Assembly: GCF_006345805.1 (NCBI RefSeq)
Contig: NC_043000.1
Coordinates: 54,374,001 to 54,438,000, forward strand
Origin: Octopus sinensis
Lineage: Eukaryota
DNA: 64,000 nucleotides
Direction: 5' to 3'
Made by a program: the position numbers and the translations under genes. Below the pieces are notes generated by a model, which saw nothing but the letters and a program-made list of their open reading frames with translations, made no database searches and was not told the DNA's origin. Shown in pieces: positions 54,107-64,000 of the stretch; position 1 is the stretch's first letter; each line of letters starts with the position of its first letter.

Positions 54107-54389
54107 TAGTTTTATTTTTTATAGCGTGCATTCACTTCACTACCGATCGAAGCTCTGTGTGCCTTGGGTATGTGCTGTGATTTGTTGTGATGCTCTGATG
54201 GTTATTGTATGGAAAGTGTTCTGCGTAGGATGTTTGCAGTGCCTAGTAGTGCAATTTTCTGTATGTTATATGTGTTTCTAAGTCCTGGTGTTTTTGTTAT
54301 GTATTTGTCTAAATATTTTTTTATCATGCCTAATGCACCTACTATGATAGGAATTGTTTCTGTTTTTAGATTCCACAATATTATTATTA

Positions 54390-54432
<43 letters not shown>

Positions 54433-54463
54433 AATATTATTATTATCATTATTATTATTATTA

Positions 54464-54506
<43 letters not shown>

Positions 54507-54547
54507 CATTATTATTATCATTATTAACCTCTACGCCATATGCCCCC
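53893..54547 (-). mobile_element. tRNA-head/(AAT)n/hammerhead SINE, left copy (interrupted by a LINE tail)
   Basis: 53893-54032 is the reverse complement of 54662-54802; 54528-54545 is the reverse complement of the head start; hammerhead at 53939-53984. Confidence 0.75.
54104..54377 (-). mobile_element. R4/Dong-like (restriction-like endonuclease) LINE 3' end inserted in (AAT)n
   Basis: WNLKTETIPIIVGALGMIKK...IQKIALLGTANILRRTLSIQ* plus 3' UTR; AAT tracts on both sides. Confidence 0.8.
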
Positions 54548-54830
54548 GGGCATATGGCGAAGAGGTTCAGAGCGCGGGCTACTAACCCCAAGATTCCGAG
54601 TTCGATTCCAGGCAGTGACCTGAATAATAATAATAATAATAAGAAGAAGAAGAAGAAGAACATCGAAAAATACATTAGGAATGAGAGCCCAGGTTCAAAA
54701 TTTTCTCCAAGACCCCTGATGAAGGCTAGAGGGTATATCAGCCGAAATGTTGTGTTAACAACAAACAAGATGAGGACAAATATCCGTCAAATGTAAATAA
54801 TGTACATAATTCCTCATCTCTTGAATATAG
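54548..54830 (+). mobile_element. tRNA-head/(AAT)n/hammerhead SINE, right copy
   Basis: A-box TGGCGAAGAGG, B-box GAGTTCGATTCC, (AAT)n(AAG)n spacer, hammerhead motif at 54711-54756. Confidence 0.8.
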
Positions 54831-55031
54831 AACTGTATGAGGGCACTATATTATTAACATGCCATACTCATTGTCATCAATAAATATTAAGGTGTTCAAA
54901 GAAAATTAATCAAATGCATAGAGAAGTATTAGTAAATTGAAAACGAATCCCTTTCACGTGAGTCGAACCGCAGTTGTGTCCTGTAGATACAACTGCATGC
55001 TTAGATTTCTTTTTCGAGAATGGTATCATAA

Positions 55032-55180
55032 ATATTAATAGTTATCGCAAAGTTAATATGGCAGTCTATAAATATATGACTAAATCTGCCTCCAAGAGGC
55101 CATCGCCTCTAGCTAATCAACGGCAGCTTTAGTCGTATATTTATAGACTGCCATATTAACTTGGCAATAACTGTTAATAT
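55032..55180. repeat. 149-bp inverted repeat (59-bp arms)
   Basis: 55032-55090 vs 55122-55180, five differences by eye; inner hairpin AGAGGC catc GCCTCT. Confidence 0.93.
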
Positions 55181-55286
55181 CTAGTGCGGCTGCCGTAGTC
55201 TCCTTTAGAGCGACTTAGAAATAATGGTATCATAAATGTCCTGTATATAATTCATTTAAAAATCTTAATATTCAGATTGTAGCTAA

Positions 55287-55385
55287 TACCTACCTACCTG
55301 GCTACCTACCTACCTACCTACCTACCTACCTACCTACCTACCTACCTACCTACCTACCTACCTACCTACCTAACTATCTACCTAA
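55287..55385. repeat. (TACC)n microsatellite
   Basis: Direct observation. Confidence 0.95.
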
Positions 55386-56779
55386 TTACCTGTATACATG
55401 CACACATATACACGCGTATAAATGTTTATAAATTTCTACTATAGCAGACACCATTAGGAAGAATTTTCTTTCTCTTGTCATTTTTGTCCCTGGATATGCC
55501 ACTGGAGAATTTCAAAGAATTAGATTCCATTAAGCAAATGGAAAGACGCACTGTTACACACACATGAAAGAAAACAATATATTACTTGCTAGAAAGTCGT
55601 ATATGAAGCAGCTCATTGAGGAGAAAGAGATGGTGGTTATTTGTATGTATTGGGAAATTATTTTTCAATAATTGTTTACTAAATTTATCTATTGATAGAA
55701 ATCTCGGTTTCAAAGCAAAAAGAATCTTCCCGAGAGACAGATTTGATGATCCTCCTAAAGAAATGGAAATCCATCAAATGCACGAGCACTTTTCTGATTG
55801 AGTTCAAGATGAAATTTCTCCAGTTTAGAATACCAGGTAATATATTTGTAAAGGAGAAAAAAGATCCACAAATATAAACTTGACAAAAAAAACAAAAAAC
55901 GTGTATGATGCTCTTTTAGTGAGCTAAATCGCTAAAATGTACGAAAATAAAAAATAAAAACAAAAACAAAGCAAAAAAACAACACTTACAATTAAAGTTG
56001 CTGTGTAGCACACTTAAAAATTCACACAAATTCTACTTTTTGCTTAAGGAGCGCAATCACTTTTTGATTTGTAGGTAAGCCTAAATATAGATTAATTAAA
56101 CAAGTATTTTAATTAGTGTTCCATGAATGTAGGATAATGAGGTTTAGGTAGTAAAAGCAGATTACAGAGCAATGGAATGTTTTTAGCTCCAGCACCACGT
56201 GATTTAATAAAATTGACAACTATAGATTAGTATGGTTTAAAAGAGTTTAAACCTGTTAAAGGAAAAGTGTTCAGTTAGTCTCTAGAAGTTTTTAAAGTAT
56301 ATGAAACCAAAAGCGACGATTGCGTTAGTATTTTTTTTTTCTGATTGCAATGAAGATTCTTCGGGGACAGGAGCAGAGAAACGATCTCTTCAAACCGAAT
56401 AATGTCCAGTAAACTGGCAAGCAAGCAATTGTTAGTTCAACTTCTTTATGTTTCGTCTATCCCACTTCTTCCACAATTCCCATCTTCCTCACAAATTCGT
56501 CTTAACTCCAGCAGAGTGTTCTTGCTTACTATTATTTCTGAGAGCTTTCAGAGTCGCAGATGTATAACCCTACCTTCCTTATTGGCAGCTAATAAAGGAG
56601 CAGACGAAACAGGACAACCGGGGGAGACAAAAGCGGATACGTTCTGCATTGGTTCTATTTCATGGAGAACATTACCCTGTGCAGATTATTTCATGTGAAT
56701 TATGTATGCGTATTGTTCTATGCTAATTACCCTATGTGGATTCATCTATGACAGTTGCTTTAAAACGTTAATATCATTT

Positions 56780-57169
56780 TACCTTTGTTTCAATCATTAG
56801 ACTGCAGCCATGCTTACGCACCACCTTGAAGAATTTTTAATCGAATGAATCGATCTTAATACTTGTTTTAAAGCTTAATACTTATACTATCGATTTCTTT
56901 TACCGAACCGGTAAGTTACCTGGACGTAAACACACCAGCACAAGTTGTCAAGCAGTAGTGAGGGACGAACAGACAAACTCAGACACACATACACACATGC
57001 ACCCCCCATATATATATATATATACACGACAGGCTTCTTACAGCTTCCGTCTACCAAGACCACTCACAATGTTTTAGTCGGCCCAACAGTATAGCAGAAG
57101 GCATTTGAAACCAAACACGGAACCATTTGGTTAGGAAACAAGCTTCTTACCACACAGCCACGCCTACGC
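56780..57169 (-). mobile_element. Family B SINE, full length, diverged
   Basis: Colinear reverse match to 40300-40710. Confidence 0.85.
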
Positions 57170-57559
57170 TTAATGTAGATAAGTCTAATTTACAGCCAGC
57201 ATGGATGACGTACTGAACTATACAGATCATTTTGGTAAAGGTACTTGTCACAATAGTATGACACTAAAAGTCTTGAGGAGTTTTGTACAATTTCGCTTAG
57301 TTTGACCTATCACGTGAGATTTGCGGATTGCTTGAGATCATGGATTTCTATATACTCTAATTTTGGGTCTTTTTTGTTGCGTTCTCCTCATTCGAATTGT
57401 AATCAATGAGCGTTGCAGTCATTGGGCAATACAACTTGCGTAAATTATTCGTAATCCTGAACAATGCAGTTACTAAAATATGCTGATCATATTTGCCGTC
57501 TGCTTTGCACATTTCGCTATTGATATTGTTAATGCTAATTTCTTATTCACCACAATCAT

Positions 57560-57745
57560 TGTTGTTGTTGTTATTGTTGTTGTCGTTGTTGTTCTTCTTC
57601 TTCTTCTTCTTCGTCTTCTTCTTCTTCTTCTTCTTCTTCTTCTTCTTTTAGTATTTGTTGTAATTTAACATTATTCTTCTTGCAAATAATGTTAATAATA
57701 ATAATAATAATAATGATAATAATTATAATAATAATAATAATGATA
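57560..57745. repeat. (GTT)n(CTT)n and (AAT)n trinucleotide tracts
   Basis: Direct observation. Confidence 0.95.
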
Positions 57746-57908
57746 AAATACTTTCTATGTAATCTCAAGTTTTGAGAAATTCACTAGTACAAAACCAAAT
57801 ATATGGCATCCTAAGCATAACACCAACATGAACTTCCAACTTCTTGTCCCTTGAGATCTCTGGGTTAGACTTGGAGCCAACTTGTACAAATACAAAGCAA
57901 AAGCAAAA

Positions 57909-57912
<4 letters not shown>
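57744..57912 (+). mobile_element. R4/Dong-like LINE extreme 3' end (KILSM* + UTR) in (AAT)n
   Basis: aaaatactttctatgtaa stop context, flanked by AAT tracts; tail shared with 12590-12665. Family assignment is recalled, not searched. Confidence 0.55.
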
Positions 57913-57962
<50 letters not shown>

Positions 57963-57967
<5 letters not shown>

Positions 57968-58455
57968 GCCCTGACGCAGTACCAGACAATGGCTCTCGTG
58001 GCTTCTGATCTTAACTGACTGGAAGTGTTATCATGTACATTGATTTGTCTTGGTATAAAAGATGGCTACAGCAAATATTCTGCTCAATACCACATATTTG
58101 CTTGTCAATTGTTTGACCTTAACCAGTTGAGCATGTCCCTTAGTGGCTGACGATATGTGCAGAAGTTGTGGGGGAGCATCATAGCTATGTGTTGAGAGGG
58201 ATTCTTTGTGGTTTGAATAATGCACCTCTGGAAACATGGGTGTTTCGTTCAACATCCTTAAACAACCCTTATTCAGGGACCTTTTGAGCGGGATGGGTTA
58301 CTCGAACAGTAGAAAATTCTAACTGGGACCCACCTGCAAGGTCGTGTGCTGTTTATCTTGATATGAGATCACCATGTTGCGCACATATGGTTGTGATGCA
58401 TGTGCCTAGTGTACGCTTATCAGACGCGTAGTCATGATGGGTATAGTGGGCTTTT
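57963..58455. repeat. GC-richer non-coding block abutting (AAT)n, probable interspersed repeat
   Basis: Sharp compositional boundary, no credible ORF, no second full copy in the window. Confidence 0.45.
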
Positions 58456-58844
58456 TTAATAAAATTATATATTCTTTAGATAAACACAGGGCTACTCACT
58501 GTCTATCATTGGTTGTATTAGTATACGCTCAACTAATGAGACTGGTGTTCGAACTGACGGTGATATGGTAAACAATGTATGTTTTTCTTATTAAAATATT
58601 CCTTTTCTAATGCATAAAATTACGTTGCAAAGTCTATAATGAGAATATTCAAATAGTTCCGATATTCAAATAGCTCCGATATTGATGAAATTTAAATCAT
58701 AGAACTATTCCATCATTTTATCAGATCTTTACCATATGTTTCACCCCTCTGCTTGGCCTGCTGAATGTTGAAAATATAGATTAATTCATCCTACTACAAT
58801 GCCTCCGAAAAATATTACATGTGGACTACCTAAGCAATCACGCG

Positions 58845-59300
58845 TACGAAAAGAGAAAGAGCTGAAGAGACTATCAGTGGAACAAGAGACTGAGTGTAGA
58901 TGCTGAAAAGCATGCAGCCTTACGAGCCTCAGGAAGAGGCGGCTCACAAGAAGAAGCAGAGGAAGAAGAAGATGAAATGCCCAACGAACTGCAGCAGCAA
59001 GATAGTCTGAATCTGAAGTACAGGCTGAAACAAGACGAAAATTAGGTGCTCAACGGACTGCAGCAGTAAGACAGTCTGAAACTCCAGAAGTAAGGGGGCG
59101 GAGAATGAGAATGAATACTCGACAGACTGCAGCAGCCAGGCAACTTATAACTCAGGACGAGCTCAACACTTGGAGGATAACAGACAGATTCAGGTATCAA
59201 GAATTTAGACTGCGTCCTTTTACTACTGAAGATTAGAAAATAGCTGCATTCGGTTATAATCCTAATTATGCATTTAATTCGCAAGATATTTTTAATATAG
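58845..59300 (+). mobile_element. Helitron Rep/Hel N-terminal fragment (decayed)
   Basis: Repeats NAQRTAAAR*SES / GAQRTAAVRQSETPE / NTRQTAAARQ followed by IAAFGYNP, typical of the start of invertebrate Helitron RepHel. Confidence 0.6.
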
Positions 59301-59410
59301 TATCCATGTCATTATTATGTGATTACTGTGATTACTGCGGTACAATAATGCATTCATGATGTCATATATATATATATATATATATATATGCCAGCTATTC
59401 AGTAGCCATG

Positions 59411-59453
59411 ATAAAACTCCGAGTTTCGGATGTCGGGGCATCTCTTCAGTTAC
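59411..59453 (-). ncRNA. Minimal type I hammerhead motif (one extra C)
   Basis: GTAA-CTGAAGA-GATG ccccga CATC-C-GAA-ACTCGGAGT-T-TTAT. Confidence 0.6.
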
Positions 59454-59551
59454 TGGGCCATCAAAAGGTGCTATGAAAAGAAATTATATATATATATATA
59501 TGTGACCGTGTGTGTACCGTCTACCCTTCCTTGGATCTTGCCTTTTCCTAT

Positions 59552-59586
59552 GTTTCTGACGAAGAGCTCTACTCGAAACGTTAAAT
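59552..59586 (+). ncRNA. Minimal type I hammerhead motif, intact core
   Basis: GTTT-CTGACGA-A-GAG ctcta CTC-GAA-ACGT-T-AAAT. Confidence 0.7.
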
Positions 59587-59674
59587 CCTTCTTGTTTCCT
59601 TTCCTGAGCGTCCAATAACACTATACTTGTTCCACATCCTCGCGTTGTTGTGTTTTCATGTTTGGATTAACTAT

Positions 59675-59757
<83 letters not shown>

Positions 59758-60556
59758 ATTTTATTTCTTCCATTCTTTCAAACTCAAATCAAAACAAGTT
59801 ATGGGACATGCAGGAAACGCCTGATGTTTTTTTTTCAAGCTTATTGCTACTCTGCTAATCTTCTTGATGAATAGTCATAAATCGAACGATAAACTGAAAA
59901 TACTGTTGAGTAATCTTTCTGCCACATTTTATTTGATGATAGATTTTAACTTACACGCATAGTACTTTCAAAAACTTATAATGTAGAAATTGTTTCTCAG
60001 AATGAGTATTGTTTCATGCCTAAGTTTAATTAACATATTTTTGTATACATTTTCGAAAAAATTTACAATAGTAGTTAGCCTTAATGCATCCATTATCGGG
60101 TAAAACTATTCTCAGTAAGCACAAAATTAAAACAGGACGAATATCTTTAGGCAATTACAACAGTGACTCTTCGGGCACTGCTTTTCTACATATCGCTGGT
60201 GGAGAGATGAGTTTCTGCTATCTCTAGCAGTCGAGCGTCTATCACCGATGTGACCAAAAAAGGTCAAAATCATGTGATCTGGTGAACTCGGCGCTAGAGT
60301 TGATGGAGATTTATCTATCCGCTAGCGATATACACAAGCTGGTATTTTGTATATGAAAGTTTCTCTTATAGTATCAACTCCAGTAAAGTGTGTTTTGACA
60401 GAATATCCACGTTTAACGGGGAATATACTTTTAGGCAAATAATGGTTTATACATAGATGCATAAATACACACAATTACATACACACATATGACCATATTC
60501 TTCTTAAAGATAAATTTAGATCATACTAAAGCAACAACGAAACAGTATATATATAT

Positions 60557-60600
<44 letters not shown>

Positions 60601-61699
60601 ATATATATTATATATATATATATGTATGTATGTATATAATTATATATGGATATATATATATATATACATGCATTTCAAGATCATTGTCAGCAGTGAAAAG
60701 TACAGGAACAATTGTTATGAGTATCCAAATACCACCGCTAAATTACAGCGACTATCATTGTTTCTCTGCTAAGAGTGAAATAGCATATAAACAAACTCAT
60801 CAGCCAGCTTTGTGAGCTCGTTTTTTAATATTCATTCATGCTCTGGCGTGTTTATACTCGTATCTGTATGGCTATGGAATTCTATTGTTTCCTATCATTT
60901 TCTCTTGTCTTCCATCATATCATTGAAATATTATAGGTTGTTGTTCTTTATTCCTTGGCGGTTTTGAATGGCTAGCCGTAAGTTCACCAGACCACCATGT
61001 CTTTTCCTATGTTAGGCACTGAATAACAAACCCTTCCGTTTTCAAGATGACAGGGTGCCGTTTAACAGACTTTAGCTTTTATTTTTAACATGTCAAACAA
61101 AACATGTCGGTTTTATAATTTACTCTGATAATGTTTTATTTATATTACTGTTTATGCAATTTCTACAGAGCATTTTATTTTTATTAAATAAAAATAAAAA
61201 TATAGAACCATGTGAGATTTGCAAATCGATCGCTTTGAAATTAATGATAATCAAATTAGAATGAAATGATACTGAGTGACTTATCGTGCATAGATCTATC
61301 AATTAATCTATCGATCCGAAATAATTACTAATTTGATATATTAAGGAGATTCACCCCAATTAATATGTTTCGCCTCTGATATAATAAATAACAGGTAATA
61401 GCGAGTTCAAAGACTGGAGTAAATAAAAGACGCAAACAGTATGACATAGATTTCGAATACACACCCACACATATATACACACACAAAAGTACATATATGC
61501 ATGTGTGTATATATGTATGTATGTCATTGTTCTGTTTTATTTCAAGATTTCTTGAAAATAGAGAAAGTGTCCGTTTCTAAACTAGATTCAAAGCTCCTTC
61601 GTTTTAATTTCAACCTCAACAACAGGGTATTATTGTTTGTATATATGTATGTCTTCTATTTTTTTAATTATTATAAATTTTCCACTGATGAGGGACCAT

Positions 61700-62135
61700 T
61701 TTCCAACAAAATTACAAGGCCCCATCTTTGGGATGTAGTTAATACGAACAACTTCACATTTGGAATTTGAGAAAAGTCTTGCATATTTTCACTGTTCCAC
61801 TCACAGATTGGAATGTACGAATCAGCCGGTCAATTTCTCTTTCTGAAAATCCCAGTTTATCCAGATTCTCCTTTAAGCGTTACCTAACAAAACCTAGTGC
61901 TCCGATTATTATTGGTATGAATATGAGTTTATAGTCTGGATGTAGAAGCTGGAAGTTTCGAAGCAGTTGTCCACAGATATCCTCTTTTTCTATGTTGGTG
62001 CATACCTTATGGAAATATTCCACCAGTATTCCTTGAGTTTGTGTTTATGAATGTATTCTATAACACAGGGATTTTCTAACTTTATTTCAGGACAGTCTTT
62101 TTTGTGGATGACAATAAAAATTGTTTTAGCAACAT
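61700..62135 (-). mobile_element. R2-superfamily (restriction-like endonuclease) LINE 3' fragment A
   Basis: EYWWNI...KEDICGQLLRNFQLLHPDYKLIFIPIIIGALGF...SGTVKICKTFLKFQM*. Confidence 0.75.
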
Positions 62136-62159
62136 CGTGCCGCACATTTTAGTCAGCTG

Positions 62160-62745
62160 CTAATCACATGCGTAATGTTTTAGAGATTTTTACAGTTCCG
62201 GTGATGGACTGAATCTATAGTCTTCGAATCAGCTTTCATTTTCTTTCTGGTTTTGAGAAGCCTAATTTCTCAAGATTGATGTTTAGGCAGTGTGTTACAT
62301 ATCCCAGGGATCCATTAATTATATGTATAAATTTGAACTTGTAATTTGGATAGGGTAACTGCAGATTTCTCAATAGTCCAGCGTAGGTATTCTCTTTTTC
62401 ATTGTACTTCAACTTTAAGGGCATCTAATTTCCACAACCGTACACAGATACTTTTCTCAATCCAAAATCATTATATCAGGTCAATTGTGCTTACATTTTA
62501 TTGAGGCCTTCACTCAGACATTCCACCAGTACTCCTTTTCTACCAGGCTGTGGGTTATTATTTTTGGTCCTCGGTTTTATCCTTCCAACTGATTTCATTA
62601 TAGAGTGTCCTAGCTACATCAATTCTCATCTGTAGATAATATCGTGATAACATTTTTGGACAACTGCTGATGATGTGGGTGATATCTTCGGCGTTAATTC
62701 TACAAAGTCTTCATCGGTTGTCACATTTTACTGCTTTTCCTGCAG
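62160..62745 (-). mobile_element. R2-superfamily LINE 3' fragment B with CCHC knuckle and PD-(D/E)xK-type endonuclease
   Basis: [37 protein letters not shown]...KENTY, ITGTVKI. Confidence 0.8.
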
Positions 62746-62789
62746 TGTATGAGTGTATGTATAGATATGTGTATATATGGATGTATACA

Positions 62790-62837
<48 letters not shown>

Positions 62838-62973
62838 CGTATGTATGTATATATGTATATACACATATATACATATATATGTTATATGTGTGTATACATG
62901 CATATATACACATATCTATACATACACTCATACACTCACATGTATATATATATACGTATATGTGTACGTATAT

Positions 62974-63009
<36 letters not shown>

Positions 63010-63814
63010 CATCTTACACATACACATACATATATACATATACACACACATGTGTGTAGTGTTAAAAATATGTAGACAATTATTTCTAGAGTAGAAATAT
63101 TTATATGCATTTTAGAAACAAATTTGCAAATTTAGTCGTTGGTGTCTTCAATTATTAACGTCAGCTGTCAAAATTATATCGCAAAAAAGTAACTACTTTT
63201 TCAAATTACACACATAAATTAAGTAGCCAAGTGATTATAATTTAACGTTGTTCGCACATCCATTTCATCTCCACGTATGCTCAACTGTTTTTTGTACTAA
63301 TTAGCAACAATATTTTACTCATATTTCCCTTAAGTGTATTTAATCACACTGCCGTTGTATTCTGTTTATATTATTAGTTATTATTATTAGGGAAGTATCA
63401 GATGCGATACTGCCGAATCGTAACTTCCTATACAATATAAAAGATTCTTTTTACCAAAAGAAAAAAGAAGTAAAAATGTAAAAAAAAACCTCACATTTTT
63501 TTTCATTGAATTTTAACTGTAGGTAAATATATTAATGAAGGTAGCTTTCTCTATTGCTCAACTAACGGGTGAAGATATATGGAGATATATATTCCTTGAA
63601 TGTTAGCTGTAGGTAAACGTATTTCATGGTTAATTATAGACGTATATATTACCCGAAGCTTAATTCTTAATACATGTGTCATTTGACCTTCAGCTGAAGA
63701 GAAATATATTATCTTGCTTTTAATTGTAGATAAATGTATTATTTATCTTCTACTTGTAAATGTATGCTATTTGGATCTCATACTTTGATAATTCTTTTAT
63801 CCTTTTATTCTTTT

Positions 63815-64000
63815 ACCTACTTCAGTCATCCGACCTCGGCCATGCTGGAGCATCACCTTGAAGGGTTTTAGTAAAAAAATCGACTCCAGGACGTGTGATT
63901 TTTTAAAGCCTAGTACTTATTCTATGAGTTTGTTTTGCCGAATCACTAATTTACGGGAACGTAAACACACCAACACCGATTGTAAAAAAGTTTATGAGGG
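63815..64000 (-). mobile_element. Family B SINE 3' module, cut by the window end
   Basis: ttcagtcatccgacctcggccatgctggagcatcacc...aagcctagtacttattctat...gtaaacacaccaacaccg. Confidence 0.85.

Noticed and set aside
54548-54621. tRNA gene (apparent ACT anticodon)
   Set aside because: The acceptor stem does not close and it runs into (AAT)n and a repeat body, so it is a SINE head rather than a tRNA.
54209-54796. 195-aa ORF with a long Leu run resembling a membrane protein
   Set aside because: Antisense of the LINE tail plus (TTA)n and the SINE; the 188-aa minus ORF is likewise a chimera.
61683-61720. CTGATGAGGGACC hammerhead start
   Set aside because: No downstream stem II closure or GAAA; at most a truncated relic.

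Overview
AT-rich eukaryotic DNA packed with microsatellites and transposon remnants. It is most likely an Octopus (coleoid cephalopod) genome; this is an inference from recognised SINE families, not a database result. There are no prokaryotic features (no operons, CRISPR or rRNA). Most ORF-track entries are microsatellite artefacts (YI/HT/CV/II repeats) or decayed transposon frames. Supported content: two multi-copy tRNA-derived SINE families (one CORE-like), DD34D mariners (one tandemly duplicated in a ~1.32 kb unit), DD37D/maT and DD34E Tc1 fragments, RTE, CR1-like and R2-superfamily (restriction-like endonuclease) LINE fragments, a Penelope-like RT+GIY-YIG element and Helitron-like pieces. 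There is one credible host ORF (44664-45239, minus, 191 aa). Best leads: (1) six minimal hammerhead-ribozyme motifs, two of them inside a head-to-head pair of a tRNA-promoter/(AAT)n/hammerhead SINE at 53.9-54.8 kb; (2) an orphan ORF carrying F-x7-RRNAI-x-D, the spacing of the PKA-inhibitor (PKI) pseudosubstrate; (3) a 149-bp fold-back hairpin between 15-bp direct repeats; (4) a SINE/LINE pair with shared 3' tails and compensatory stem-loop changes. All alignments and folds were done by eye, so the boundaries of decayed elements are approximate.
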